This document shows, one piece after another, positions 1 through 10,755 of a DNA stretch of 64,000 bases. The position numbers and the translations under genes are program-made. The notes under the pieces were generated by a model. The model made no database searches and had not been told where the DNA came from. It saw only the letters and a program-made list of their open reading frames with translations. Source of the DNA: Bacteroidota bacterium. GTDB lineage: Bacteria > Bacteroidota > Bacteroidia > AKYH767-A > 2013-40CM-41-45. Position 1 is the stretch's first letter. Every line of letters starts with the position of its first letter. The DNA lies in the NCBI GenBank assembly GCA_031385005.1, contig JANNBB010000034.1:1026-65025 (forward strand), in the 5' to 3' direction.

Positions 1-2
1 TG

Positions 3-3000
3 AATTTCAACGGGTGTGCGAATGCTCCTGCAACGTACGTTGAGGCTACATTAAACAATATTGCCGCTCCAACCAATTCATCACCTGTCTTTACGAATAT
101 TCCGGTGACCTTTATTTGTATCGGACAACAATTCAAATACAATCATGGTGCTTACGATAGTGATGGAGATAGTATTGTTTACTCATTAATACCTCCTCGT
201 TCAGCAGTAAATACCAATGTTGTTTTTCAACCCGGACTCTCTGCTTCAAATCCCTTAAATTCCAGTCCGGCTGTTTCACTAAATTCATTCAGTGGTGACA
301 TAACGATTAATCCAACGGCAGTTGAGGTAGGTGTAATGGCAGTGTTAGTAAAAGAATACAGGAATGGAATATTAATCGGCTCTGTCGTAAGAGACATGGA
401 AATTTGGACACAAGCCTGTTCCAATATTTTACCGACGGCAACAGGAATCAATGGAACCAATAATTTTTCAATCGTAGCATGCCCCGGAGTTCCCATTCAT
501 ATTACTTTCAATTCGGCGGATGGAAATCCCGGACAGATCGTATCTATGTCGTGGAATGGCGGAATTCCATGGGCGACATTCACCTCAAGCGGAAGCCCAT
601 ATCCGACCGGACAATTAAACTGGACTCCTTTAATGTCAGATGCCAGAGCACAACCTTATACATTTACAATAACCGTTCAGGATAATAACTGTCCGAGTTA
701 TGGTTTTCAAACATACTCTTATTCGATTGTGGTTCCATTGCTCTCGGCGACGGCAACTTCTACAAATTCATTATGCGCGAATTCGGGAACAGGAACTGCA
801 ACTGCAATTCCAACAGGGGGTTCCTCGTTTTCATATTTATGGAGTCCGGGAGGATTGACGACTTCAACTATTAACGGACTTAGTCAAGGCACATATATAG
901 TTACGATAACTGAATCGAATGGATGTACTACAACGGCATCTACGACGATAACTGCTCCTCCTGCAATGAATTCAACTGTTACAGGAATTACGGATGTTTC
1001 ATGCTATGGAGCTGCTAACGGTTCGGCGACAATAAGTACAAATGGAGGAAGTCCGCCCTACACTTTTAACTGGTCACCTTCCGGAGGAAATGCGGCCGGA
1101 GCTTCCAATTTAAGTGTGGGCAATTATACAGTAGTTATTACTGATGCGAATTTATGTACACTGAATGTACCTGTCACCATTTCTCAACCCCCGTTGCTAA
1201 CTTCAGTAGTGAGTTCGCAAACAAATAATTCCTGTAATGGAATAAGCAGTGGATCAGCAACAATACTGGCAAATGGCGGAGTTGCACCATTTGAATATTT
1301 ATGGACGCCTGGAGGAAATACAACGGCAAGTGCGACAGGATTAAGTGCAGGAACCTATACCGTTTCAACCCTTGATGCAAATGGATGTACAAGCTCAATA
1401 TCATTAAATATTACCGAACCTTCACCGATAGACCTTACAATTACAACTTCCAATTCAACCTGTGGTGCAGCGAATGGGATAGCTGCTGTTAGTGCCAGTG
1501 GCGGAACCGGCGCTTATACCTATCAATGGATGCCGGGAGGAACTACTAATTCGAATACAGGACTAGCAGCAGGAACTTATTCAGTAATTGTGACAGATGC
1601 AAATGGCTGCACAACATCTGATATTGCCGCTGTCTCAAATATTGGTGGTCCTTCTATTGCTGTTTCCTCTGTTTCACAACCTGAATGTTTTGGAAATACA
1701 AATGGCTCAGCTACCATTTCAGTAAATTCAGGAACACCTCCTTTTAATTATCAGTGGTCGCCATTCGGAGGAAATACAACTACAGCAAATAATCTGAGTG
1801 CAGGTACATATACAGTAACAGTCGTTGACGGAAACAATTGTATAAGTGCAGTGTCTGTCGATATTGAATCACCTCCACCTATTATACTTACACTTACGCC
1901 TCAGGATCCTGCCTGTATTGGAACGAATACCGGAGCTATTTACACTAGTGCAACGGGAGGAACAGGAACGTTTAATTATTCATGGCTACCGGGTGGTTAT
2001 TCCGGTTCAGATTTAACAAATGCGGGTGCCGGAAATTATCAACTAACGGTAACAGACAATTCCGGATGTATACAAACAGCAAGTATGCAACTCAATAATC
2101 CGGCTGCATTATCAAGTTCAATTAGTATGAATACACCGGTATCGTGTTATGGCGGAAACAATGGTCAGGCAGCCGTTCAGGTTTCAGGAGGTTTGGCACC
2201 ATACAATTTTGAATGGCTACCATCCGGAGGAAATCAATCAATGGCGAATGGTTTAAGTTCCGGAAATTATTCGGTAGAAGTAACTGATCAGAATAATTGT
2301 GTACTGACAATTCCCATTCAAATTACAGAGCCGGCAGAAATCAATTCTACTGTTAATGTAATACCGGTATCCTGTGCAGGAGATGCTAATGGATCTATAA
2401 ATGTTGTACCCAATGGAGGAACTCAGCCTTACAATTTCAACTGGATGCCTAACATCAGTAATACTTCATCAGCATTTAATCTGACAGCAGGGAATTACTC
2501 TGTTATTATTACGGATGCGAATGGATGTTCGACTACAACTTCAGCAATCATTAATGAGCCATCTTCACTTTCAGCCAATATTATTTTCTTGAACGATGTA
2601 ACGTGTAATGGCGGAAACAACGGAGCTGCTTCTATAGCAGCTAATGGAGGAACAGCACCTTATAGTTACAGTTGGTCGCCAAATGGAATTTCTACTGCAA
2701 CAGCAGATTCTCTTGCTGCAAATGTATACAACGTAACGATTTCTGATGCCAATCTCTGTACATACAGTGCACTGATAGTAATCAATGAACCTCCTTTGTT
2801 ACAAAGCTCTATAGCAACTGTTACACCTGTTTCATGTTACAACGGATCAGATGGATCAGCATCTGTAACAGTAATCGGAGGGACATCTCCATTTTCCTAT
2901 AGCTGGAATTCTACACTGCCCAATTCATCGAACATTAGTAATCTGACAGCCGGCAGTTATTCTGTTTCAATTACAGATGGAAATGGATGTATCGTTACAA

Positions 3001-6000
3001 ATTCAGTAACAGTCATTCAGCCGCAGGAGTTGGTAATTTCTGCTACGGGAAATCCGGCTACATGCGGTATATCAAATGGATCAATCAATACATCTATTAT
3101 TGGCGGGACTGCGCCCTACTCCTATGCTTGGAATCCGGGTGGACCCGGAAGCGCGAATTTATCCGGTTTACAGGCAGGGTTGTATTCAGTTATTGCGACT
3201 GACCAAAATGGATGTACGACGGAGATAACCACTTCTGTTTCCAACATTACCAATATGACTGTCACTTCAACCTCAATAGGTGTATCCTGTTTTGGTGGTA
3301 ACAATGGATCTGCTTCCGTTGTTGTAAACAGTGGAACGCAGCCTTATCAATATTTCTGGGCCAATAATAATTCAACCAATCCTTCTTTAAGCGGGTTGTA
3401 TTCCGGAACATATACAGTTATCGTTACAGATGGCAACCAATGCATACAAATTATTTCAATTGATGTGGTTGAGCCGCCTGCCTTGTCAGTTCTGGCATCG
3501 TCCGTATCAAATGTTTCCTGCAATGGCGGAAATGATGCAACAGCAACTGTTTTAGCATCGGGCGGAACGGCTCCCTATTCTTACCAATGGAACCCGGGAG
3601 GAAACAATCAACCGATAGCAAATTCGTTAACTGCAGGATTGCATTCCGTATCCGTAACTGATGCTCATGGCTGTACAAATGTTTTGCAACTTTCAATTAA
3701 TGAACCGCCGGTTATTTCGTATTCAACTGCAGTAACACCTACTGCATGTGGAACATCTAATGGATCAGCATCTATTTTTGTTTCCGGTGGTACTCCTCCA
3801 TTCAACTATGCATGGACACCAGGAGGAATGAATAGCCCTGCAATAAATAATATAACAGCCGGAATTTACACTGTTGTTGTTACCGACGCCAATAATTGCT
3901 CAAATACCACCACTATTTCCGTATCCAATATAGATGGACCAACCTTGAATGTTTCTTCATTGAACAATGTGAGTTGTTATAATGGAGCAAATGGAAGCGC
4001 ATCTGTGCAGGTAATCAATGGAACATCTCCTTTTACTTATCAATGGTTTCCTATTGGTGGGGCGTCTCCAAATGCAACAAATCTTACTGCAGGAAATTTT
4101 ATGGTTGAAGTCCGTGATGCAAATCAATGTATCACATCATTACCTATTTCAATTTCAGAACCGGCACCTATCGCCGATTCAATTATTTCATTACCTGCAT
4201 TATGCGCAGGACAATCAACCGGATCTGCTCTTGCTATTATTTATGGTGGAATATCGCCTTATACTTTTCAATGGTCAGCCGGAAATTATTCAGCCGGATT
4301 TGTTTCCGGACTCCCTGCGGGAACACATACCGTTACTATAACGGATGCAAATGGTTGTACGCATATGGCAAATGCTGTTATTACCGAACCGATGACATTG
4401 GAAGCTGTTACTTCAGCAATTAATGTAAGCTGTTATGGGTTGAACGATGCGAGTATAACAACAAATGTTACAGGTGGCACTGCTCCTTACTTGTATAACT
4501 GGTTACCAAATGGCGGTCATTTATCATTTGCCGAATATCTTTCAGAAGGAAATTACAGCGTTCAGATTACAGATGCCAACGGTTGTGATTTGAGCATATC
4601 CAATTATATTGAATCGCCTGCCAAACTTCTTGTTTCAGTTACTAGCAGTAATGTACATTGTTTTAATGGTAATGACGGGTTTGCAGAAGCAGTTGTTTCA
4701 GGTGGAGTTGCTCCATACTCATTTAATTGGGATAATTCTTATAATCATCCATCCATTTCAAATTTAACAGCCGGATCTTATATGGTAACAGTTACGGATA
4801 CGAATGGCTGTTCAACTTCAGAAGAAATATTCATTTCTCAGCCGGAGGAGTTACAAATCGTTCTCGAAAATCCATTGCCTATATGTATAGGACAGCAAGT
4901 AAATTTAAATCCATCCGTTTCGGGAGGAACAGAACCCTATTCCTTCAATTGGAGTAACGGTATTCATACTTCATCACAAATTATTTCACCTGATTCATCT
5001 ATGAATTTGTTTTTATTAGTATCAGACGCTAATGGCTGTGAAATTTCCTTCGATGAAATTACTATTTCTGTACGTGAGCCGGTTTTGGCAGTACCACCTG
5101 TTTCTGATACTATTTGCGAGGGCAGTTCTGTTATACTGTCTATGAATGCAATTGGTGGTAATGGCGGACCGTATTATTATTCCTGGGAAAATGGAAGTAC
5201 AGGGAATTCAATTACAGTTTCGCCGGTAAATTCAACTACCTATATGCTGACAGTTACAGATAATTGCACTCTCTTACCGGCAATAGTTGAAGTTCCTGTT
5301 GTAGTCATTCCTAAACCTGTCGTAAATTTTTTACCCAATCCAATAGTTGGCTGCGCACCTTTAGATGCACATTTTTTCGATCTTACTTCTGCTTGTCCTT
5401 CTTGTTCGTATTCGTGGGAATTTGGTGATGGTACAAATTCATCTGAAAAAAATGGAAGTCATCTATTCGAAACACCCGGCGAATATTCTGTAACCCACAC
5501 TGTAACAAATAGCTTTGGCTGTTATGCACAATTACAAATTCCTGCTGCAGTAAGAGTCTATCCCGTTCCTGAATCTGCATTTTCTACATCTTCTGAAATT
5601 GTTTCGGAGGAAAATCCATTGATATCTTTTATGGACCACAGCGCATTAACTAGTCAATGGTCATGGGATTTCGGAGATAACCGTGGAAATTCTATTTTAC
5701 AAAATCCTGTTTACTCCTATAATGACACGGGAACCTTTGTAGTTCGCTTAATCAGTATCAATGAATATGGTTGCAAGGATACTTCCTATAATAAAATACA
5801 AGTGCGACCGGAGTATGGCATTTTCATTCCAAATGCATTTACTCCTAACAATGATGGCGTGAATGATACGTTTATGCCATTGATGTCAGGCACATCTTCC
5901 TTTGAAATGCTTATTTATGATCGTTGGGGAATCAAAATTTTCGAGACAACTGAATTACAAAAACCCTGGAATGGTCGTTTTCAAAACAGTGAAAATATTT

Positions 6001-6092
6001 GCCAGAATGATGTTTACATTTATAAGGTAATGATAAAGGATTTATCCGGACAAAATCACAGTGTCATCGGACACGTGAGTCTTCTAAAATAA
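3..6092 (+). CDS. Giant surface adhesin: SprB-like repeats, PKD domains and gliding-motility/T9SS type B C-terminal domain (5' end truncated by the window)
   Basis: Frame is open from nt 3 (NFNGCANAPATYVEATLNN...), so the 105 start is an edge artefact. About 20 repeats of C-x-G-x-x-x-G...GGTxPYxYxW...GxYxVxVTDxNGC, WDFGDG-type PKD motifs, and C-terminal FIPNAFTPNNDGVND...IYDRWG...GHVSLLK. Confidence 0.9.
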   Translation, partial: NFNGCANAPATYVEATLNNIAAPTNSSPVFTNIPVTFICIGQQFKYNHGAYDSDGDSIVYSLIPPRSAVNTNVVFQPGLSASNPLNSSPAVSLNSFSGDITINPTAVEVGVMAVLVKEYRNGILIGSVVRDMEIWTQACSNILPTATGINGTNNFSIVACPGVPIHITFNSADGNPGQIVSMSWNGGIPWATFTSSGSPYPTGQLNWTPLMSDARAQPYTFTITVQDNNCPSYGFQTYSYSIVVPLLSATATSTNSLCANSGTGTATAIPTGGSSFSYLWSPGGLTTSTINGLSQGTYIVTITESNGCTTTASTTITAPPAMNSTVTGITDVSCYGAANGSATISTNGGSPPYTFNWSPSGGNAAGASNLSVGNYTVVITDANLCTLNVPVTISQPPLLTSVVSSQTNNSCNGISSGSATILANGGVAPFEYLWTPGGNTTASATGLSAGTYTVSTLDANGCTSSISLNITEPSPIDLTITTSNSTCGAANGIAAVSASGGTGAYTYQWMPGGTTNSNTGLAAGTYSVIVTDANGCTTSDIAAVSNIGGPSIAVSSVSQPECFGNTNGSATISVNSGTPPFNYQWSPFGGNTTTANNLSAGTYTVTVVDGNNCISAVSVDIESPPPIILTLTPQDPACIGTNTGAIYTSATGGTGTFNYSWLPGGYSGSDLTNAGAGNYQLTVTDNSGCIQTASMQLNNPAALSSSISMNTPVSCYGGNNGQAAVQVSGGLAPYNFEWLPSGGNQSMANGLSSGNYSVEVTDQNNCVLTIPIQITEPAEINSTVNVIPVSCAGDANGSINVVPNGGTQPYNFNWMPNISNTSSAFNLTAGNYSVIITDANGCSTTTSAIINEPSSLSANIIFLNDVTCNGGNNGAASIAANGGTAPYSYSWSPNGISTATADSLAANVYNVTISDANLCTYSALIVINEPPLLQSSIATVTPVSCYNGSDGSASVTVIGGTSPFSYSWNSTLPNSSNISNLTAGSYSVSITDGNGCIVTNSVTVIQPQELVISATGNPATCGISNGSINTSIIGGTAPYSYAWNPGGPGSANLSGLQAGLYSVIATDQNGCTTEITTSVSNITNMTVTSTSIGVSCFGGNNGSASVVVNSGTQPYQYFWANNNSTNPSLSGLYSGTYTVIVTDGNQCIQIISIDVVEPPALSVLASSVSNVSCNGGNDATATVLASGGTAPYSYQWNPGGNNQPIANSLTAGLHSVSVTDAHGCTNVLQLSINEPPVISYSTAVTPTACGTSNGSASIFVSGGTPPFNYAWTPGGMNSPAINNITAGIYTVVVTDANNCSNTTTISVSNIDGPTLNVSSLNNVSCYNGANGSASVQVINGTSPFTYQWFPIGGASPNATNLTAGNFMVEVRDANQCITSLPISISEPAPIADSIISLPALCAGQSTGSALAIIYGGISPYTFQWSAGNYSAGFVSGLPAGTHTVTITDANGCTHMANAVITEPMTLEAVTSAINVSCYGLNDASITTNVTGGTAPYLYNWLPNGGHLSFAEYLSEGNYSVQITDANGCDLSISNYIESPAKLLVSVTSSNVHCFNGNDGFAEAVVSGGVAPYSFNWDNSYNHPSISNLTAGSYMVTVTDTNGCSTSEEIFISQPEELQIVLENPLPICIGQQVNLNPSVSGGTEPYSFNWSNGIHTSSQIISPDSSMNLFLLVSDANGCEISFDEITISVREPVLAVPPVSDTICEGSSVILSMNAIGGNGGPYYYSWENGSTGNSITVSPVNSTTYMLTVTDNCTLLPAIVEVPVVVIPKPVVNFLPNPIVGCAPLDAHFFDLTSACPSCSYSWEFGDGTNSSEKNGSHLFETPGEYSVTHTVTNSFGCYAQLQIPAAVRVYPVPESAFSTSSEIVSEENPLISFMDHSALTSQWSWDFGDNRGNSILQNPVYSYNDTGTFVVRLISINEYGCKDTSYNKIQVRPEYGIFIPNAFTPNNDGVNDTFMPLMSGTSSFEMLIYDRWGIKIFETTELQKPWNGRFQNSENICQNDVYIYKVMIKDLSGQNHSVIGHVSLLK

Positions 6093-6119
6093 ATTCCAAA
6101 TATCGTCCGGATTTTTGTT

Positions 6120-8045
6120 TCACGATAGAATTTCAAATTCGACAAAATACATATCGATATCGCCTTTATTCTTAGCTGCAACTTTACCTCGGTGAATGCA
6201 ATTGAATTTATCCTTGACTAACTCATAAGTTGTTCCGCTGATGTTTACTTTTCCGACGGCACCGCTGCTTTCCATTCGGGAAGCGGTATTGACCGTATCT
6301 CCCCAGATATCATAAGCGAATTTCTTTGTTCCGACAATTCCCGCAACCACAGGACCGGTATGAATTCCCAATCGTAGTTCGAAAAAGGGCTGACCTTTTG
6401 CACTTCTCTCAGCTTTATTTACAGCAATAAATTCCTGAAACTCGAGTCCTGCGCGTATCACATCTAATGGGTGTGTGCTATTGGCAACTGGAAGTCCGCC
6501 GGCACACATATAGGCGTCGCCAATGGTCTTAATTTTTTCGATACCATACTTGGTGACGATGCGGTCGAATTCGCTGTAACAATGATTAATCTCCTGTACC
6601 AATTCTTCCGGAGATAACAACTCGCTGGCCTGTGTAAAATTTTTGAAATCCGTAAACATTACGCTCACCATTTCAAAACTTTTAGTCTTGGCAGTACCGG
6701 TAGCTTTTAATTCTTCAGCGGTTTCGGAGGGTAGAATATTTAACAACAATTCATCGCTGCGTTTTTTCTCTTTGGAAATCTTATTACGCTGATTAAAAAA
6801 TATTCCCGCGAATAATAAAACGACAGCAAATCCACCAACGAAGCTATTCTTCACCATTTTTTGTCTTCTGAGTTCCTGTTGTTGAATTTCTTTATCCTTT
6901 GTCATTTGGCCAATTTGGCTTTCCTTTTTAGCTATATCGAAAGCAAATTGTACGCCTTGTAATTTTTTATCGGCCTCTATATTATAGATGGTGTCTTTTA
7001 TTCCCAGCAACAAATATTGATATTTATAGGCATTTGAATAGTCGCGCTTCTTGGCGTACAGCGCAGCTTGTCCTTCGTAAATATCTTTCAGGCAATATTC
7101 ATTTTTACTTTCTTTCGCCAATGGCTCCGCCTGTTTTAACGACTGAAGAGCAAGTGAAATATCGCCCTTCTTCTCATAGGTTTTATAAATACTCACTAGT
7201 GCTAATGCCATATCGTTTTGCGACTCATAGCTTTTAGCTAGGTTATATGCATCATTTAAATAGAAAATAGATTTATCAAATTGATTTAATTTATTGTAAA
7301 TCTGTCCAAGATTATTTAATGAATAAGGTGCTTGATAAGTACGTTTATATGCATCGAGCGATTTAAATGTATAATACAATGCAGAATCAAGTTTTGGTTC
7401 CTTCATATTCATATAAAACTCTCCAAGACCGACCGTAGTTGAGCCGATAATATCGTCGTCGTGTATTTTCTCTCCGATTGCCAGCGCTCTTTTATAAAAA
7501 TCGACGGCCTTATTCTGTGTACGTTCTTTCTTTTGATATACGACAGCGATGTTTGTACAAACGGTAGCCATTCGTAGGGAATCATTAATCTCTTCTGCCG
7601 TCTTCAATGCACTAAATAGATACTCAAGAGCTTTTCCATCATCGCCCTGAGTATTATAAACCATGCTGATGTTGCTTTGAATATTGGCAACTCCTGCTTT
7701 GTCTTTTAAGGTATCGAAGATGGCCATGGATTCGAGCCAGTAATTAATAGACTCTACATAAAGTGATTTAGTATAAAAAGCAATTCCTTTAATTTTTAGA
7801 GCAACGGCTTCTCCCCTTTTGAATTTCAGATCTTTTGCCAGTCTGATGGCCAGGTTGGTAAAACCAATTGAACCATCAGGATTGGTATTGATAAATTTCC
7901 TGCTAAGTAAAATGTAATTGTTCACCTTTGTTGTATCGTCGGGTGATTGCTCAATGACCTTTTTCAAGCTATCCGTATCAGCATCCTGAGCCAGGCATGT
8001 TAACGTAAAAAAAATTGAAAGAAAAAATAAAATGGTTTTAGTCAT
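6120..8045 (-). CDS. Membrane-anchored class III adenylate cyclase with N-terminal TPR region
   Basis: Signal peptide, TPR-like helices, one TM (FVGGFAVVLLFAGIFF), cyclase motifs VMFTDFKNFT, KIKTIGDAYM, LRLGIHTGPVVAG, YDIWGDTVNTASRMES. The Lys/Asp specificity pair points to ATP as substrate. Confidence 0.9.
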   Translation of the reverse strand: MTKTILFFLSIFFTLTCLAQDADTDSLKKVIEQSPDDTTKVNNYILLSRKFINTNPDGSIGFTNLAIRLAKDLKFKRGEAVALKIKGIAFYTKSLYVESINYWLESMAIFDTLKDKAGVANIQSNISMVYNTQGDDGKALEYLFSALKTAEEINDSLRMATVCTNIAVVYQKKERTQNKAVDFYKRALAIGEKIHDDDIIGSTTVGLGEFYMNMKEPKLDSALYYTFKSLDAYKRTYQAPYSLNNLGQIYNKLNQFDKSIFYLNDAYNLAKSYESQNDMALALVSIYKTYEKKGDISLALQSLKQAEPLAKESKNEYCLKDIYEGQAALYAKKRDYSNAYKYQYLLLGIKDTIYNIEADKKLQGVQFAFDIAKKESQIGQMTKDKEIQQQELRRQKMVKNSFVGGFAVVLLFAGIFFNQRNKISKEKKRSDELLLNILPSETAEELKATGTAKTKSFEMVSVMFTDFKNFTQASELLSPEELVQEINHCYSEFDRIVTKYGIEKIKTIGDAYMCAGGLPVANSTHPLDVIRAGLEFQEFIAVNKAERSAKGQPFFELRLGIHTGPVVAGIVGTKKFAYDIWGDTVNTASRMESSGAVGKVNISGTTYELVKDKFNCIHRGKVAAKNKGDIDMYFVEFEILS

Positions 8046-8245
8046 TCTTCAAAACAATATTGATATCAATAATGGGTTTGATGCGGCTTGTAAACGGTCG
8101 CATCGTTTAAATTTTGATGCTAATGTAAAATTAATTAGAATAAAAATACATGCTTTAACTATTACTTAATGAAGAATTTAACAACAATTTAAGCCCTTTA
8201 TTATCGAAAAGAGTTTATTAGAAATCCCAGAATTATTATTATCTT

Positions 8246-8268
8246 ATACAATCAACATCAGATTGTAT
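8246..8268. promoter_or_regulatory. Inverted repeat ATACAATC-N7-GATTGTAT overlapping the umuD start; candidate operator or translational hairpin
   Basis: Perfect 8-bp arms at 8246-8253 and 8261-8268; ATG at 8267. Confidence 0.4.
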
Positions 8269-8701
8269 GATCGTCATAGAAAATCTTCAACATCAAGCTG
8301 CAGGAATAAACCACAAACTCTTTCTGCCAATATTTACAGGAATCTCCGCCGGTTTTCCATCGCCGGCCAACGATTACCTCGAAGAAGCCATCGACTTAAA
8401 TAAGGAGTTAATTAAAAACCCGAGTTCTACCTTTTTCGGAAGAGTTAAAGGCTTATCGATGACTGATGCAGGCATAGACGACAAGGATATTCTTGTTATT
8501 GACAAATCCATTTCTCCTAAAAATGGAATGATAGCCGTCTGTTATGTGGATGGTGAGTTTACTCTGAAAAGAATTTGCTTCTCTACCAATAGCATGACCC
8601 TTTTACCGGCTAATAATCAATTCAAACCAATACCCATCACAGAAGCTAACGATTTTCTTGTTTGGGGAATAGTCACCTTCGTCATAAAAAAAATGCCGTG
8701 A
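8267..8701 (+). CDS. umuD: DNA polymerase V accessory subunit UmuD (S24 autopeptidase)
   Basis: ISAGFPSPA cleavage-site motif, catalytic Ser (GLSM) and Lys (TLKR); directly upstream of umuC. Confidence 0.92.
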   Translation: MIVIENLQHQAAGINHKLFLPIFTGISAGFPSPANDYLEEAIDLNKELIKNPSSTFFGRVKGLSMTDAGIDDKDILVIDKSISPKNGMIAVCYVDGEFTLKRICFSTNSMTLLPANNQFKPIPITEANDFLVWGIVTFVIKKMP

Positions 8702-9951
8702 TAGGACTGATTGACTGCAATAATTTTTACGTTTCATGCGAACGTGTGTTCGATCCATCGCTGAATGGGAAGCCGGTTATTGTTCTATCCAATAATGATG
8801 GTTGCGCGATTTCCAGAAGCAATGAAGCGAAATTGCTGGGCATTAAAATGGGTGTACCTGCTTTTTCCATAAAAGATATTATCGTAAAAAACGACGTAAA
8901 AGTTCTATCCTCCAATTACACGCTCTATGGCGATATGAGTAATCGTGTGATGTCACTTTTATCCAATCATGTTCCTGAGATAGAAGTTTATTCAATCGAT
9001 GAAGCATTTCTTTATTTCAAAGGAATGGATGTAAACACCCTGGAAACTTTTGGAAAAAAAATTCTGCAGGAGATTCACCGAAGCACAGGGATTCCGATGA
9101 GTTTGGGAATAGCTCCTACGAAGTCCTTGGCAAAAATGGCGAATAAACTAGCCAAGAAGAATAAACAAGATGTCAGGAAAATAAACCTGAACGAGTTGAA
9201 TGAAGTGCTCCATACTTTTCCGATTGAAGACGTTTGGGGAATTGGCGGACAACATGCTAAATTGTTACGTTCGAAGGGGATTCAGACCGCAGGAGATTTC
9301 ACGAATTACTCGCGTGATTGGGTGAGGAAAAATCTGACTATTGTGGGTCTCCGATTGTATGATGAATTAAAAGGACAGATTCGATTAGAAAGCGAGCCGG
9401 TAGAGAAAGCCAAGAAAAATATTTGCACATCGCGTTCCTTTGGCGAAATGCAGACGGAATATAGCCCTATTGAAGAGGCCGTCGCTACCTATGCCACACG
9501 TTGCGCGGAAAAATTACGCCAGCAAAAAAGTTGCGCGACAAAGCTGATGGTTTTTCTGCATACTAATCAATTCAGAGAAGATCTTCCACAGTATGCAAGA
9601 AACATTGTCATGCACCTACCTGTGCCGACAAATAGCACACTGGAGCTGGTTAAATACGGAAAGGAAGGATTGCGTAAAATATTCAGGAATGGCTACCTTT
9701 ACAAAAAGGCAGGAATTATCATCAGCGATTTCGTTCCGGAAAGTGACATTCAACAAAACTTATTCGATCAGACAAACAGGCAAAAGCATGCGGATATCAT
9801 GAAAGTCGTGGACAAACTCAATCTCAATTTTGGAAAGGATAAAGTCCGCGTCGCTACGCAAGGGTATTCAAAGAGCTGGCATTTGCGTCAGGAAAAATTA
9901 TCCGCTAGATTTACAACTAGGTTGTCTGATATACTGGAAGTGAAGGTGTAA
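8698..9951 (+). CDS. umuC: Y-family DNA polymerase V subunit UmuC
   Basis: LIDCNNFYVSCER, VLSNNDGC, YSIDEAF, C-terminal WHLRQEKLSARFTT. Likely start is GTG 8698 overlapping the umuD stop (GTGA), not 8662. Confidence 0.93.
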   Translation: MIGLIDCNNFYVSCERVFDPSLNGKPVIVLSNNDGCAISRSNEAKLLGIKMGVPAFSIKDIIVKNDVKVLSSNYTLYGDMSNRVMSLLSNHVPEIEVYSIDEAFLYFKGMDVNTLETFGKKILQEIHRSTGIPMSLGIAPTKSLAKMANKLAKKNKQDVRKINLNELNEVLHTFPIEDVWGIGGQHAKLLRSKGIQTAGDFTNYSRDWVRKNLTIVGLRLYDELKGQIRLESEPVEKAKKNICTSRSFGEMQTEYSPIEEAVATYATRCAEKLRQQKSCATKLMVFLHTNQFREDLPQYARNIVMHLPVPTNSTLELVKYGKEGLRKIFRNGYLYKKAGIIISDFVPESDIQQNLFDQTNRQKHADIMKVVDKLNLNFGKDKVRVATQGYSKSWHLRQEKLSARFTTRLSDILEVKV

Positions 9952-10024
9952 ATCGAAAACAACAAATTATTAGTGCATCGAATTCAGAAATAAAAAGCAT
10001 AATATATCGTCAACTAATTCGCAC

Positions 10025-10735
10025 ATGTGTTTTCACAATTCACTCAGTAAAAAAGCTCAGGAAGTCGCCAATCGATTCAATGCACAGTCGGAAATAAATT
10101 TTGAGCCGATTTTTTATGCCTCGGGATTCTCCTACCCTCTTTGGCCTTTAATTACTTCTGAAGAACCGGATAAACTTCGAATGTATCGCTGGGGATTGAT
10201 TCCACATTGGGTAAAAGAAGAGAGTCAGGCAAAAGAAATCCGGACGATGACACTCAATGCCAAATCAGAAACAGTTTTTGAAAAACCTTCCTTTAAATTT
10301 TCGATTCGAAAAAAAAGATGTTTGATTCCTTCTACAGGATTTTTCGAATGGCAGGACTTTAATAAAAAAAAATATCCCTACTTCATCCGTTTGAAAGAAA
10401 TGGAAATATTTGCATTCGCAGGAATTTATACAAGTTGGACCGATAAAACTTCAGGAGAAATTGTTCATACCTTTTCCATACTCACAACAGAAGCAAACCC
10501 ATTGATGGCACGCATTCACAACATGAAAAAAAGGATGCCCGTCATATTAGAAAAAGAAAAGGAAAAGAAATGGCTGAATGACGATCTTACAGATGAACAA
10601 ATAAAATCATTTTTTCCTGCTATTGATGACAGAATGATGCAGGCCTATACAATTAGTAAGAGGATTACATCCAGAACAATGAATCCGAATGTACCTGAGG
10701 TGAATGAGGCATTTGAGTATCCGGAGTTGATTTAA
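10025..10735 (+). CDS. SOS response-associated peptidase (SRAP/YedK family, abasic-site protection)
   Basis: N-terminal MC (catalytic Cys2), RWGLIPHW, NAKSET, RCLIPSTGFFEW, IHNxKKRMP. Confidence 0.9.
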   Translation: MCFHNSLSKKAQEVANRFNAQSEINFEPIFYASGFSYPLWPLITSEEPDKLRMYRWGLIPHWVKEESQAKEIRTMTLNAKSETVFEKPSFKFSIRKKRCLIPSTGFFEWQDFNKKKYPYFIRLKEMEIFAFAGIYTSWTDKTSGEIVHTFSILTTEANPLMARIHNMKKRMPVILEKEKEKKWLNDDLTDEQIKSFFPAIDDRMMQAYTISKRITSRTMNPNVPEVNEAFEYPELI

Positions 10736-10755
10736 AAATAATTTTTGCCACGAAT

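Noticed and set aside
8662-8697. Extended N-termini in the ORF track for umuC (also recQ 30010, kup 30318, moaCB 50930, and the 13897 and 25819 starts)
   Set aside because: Downstream starts fit family N-termini, gene overlaps or promoter positions better; these are not frameshifts or fusions.
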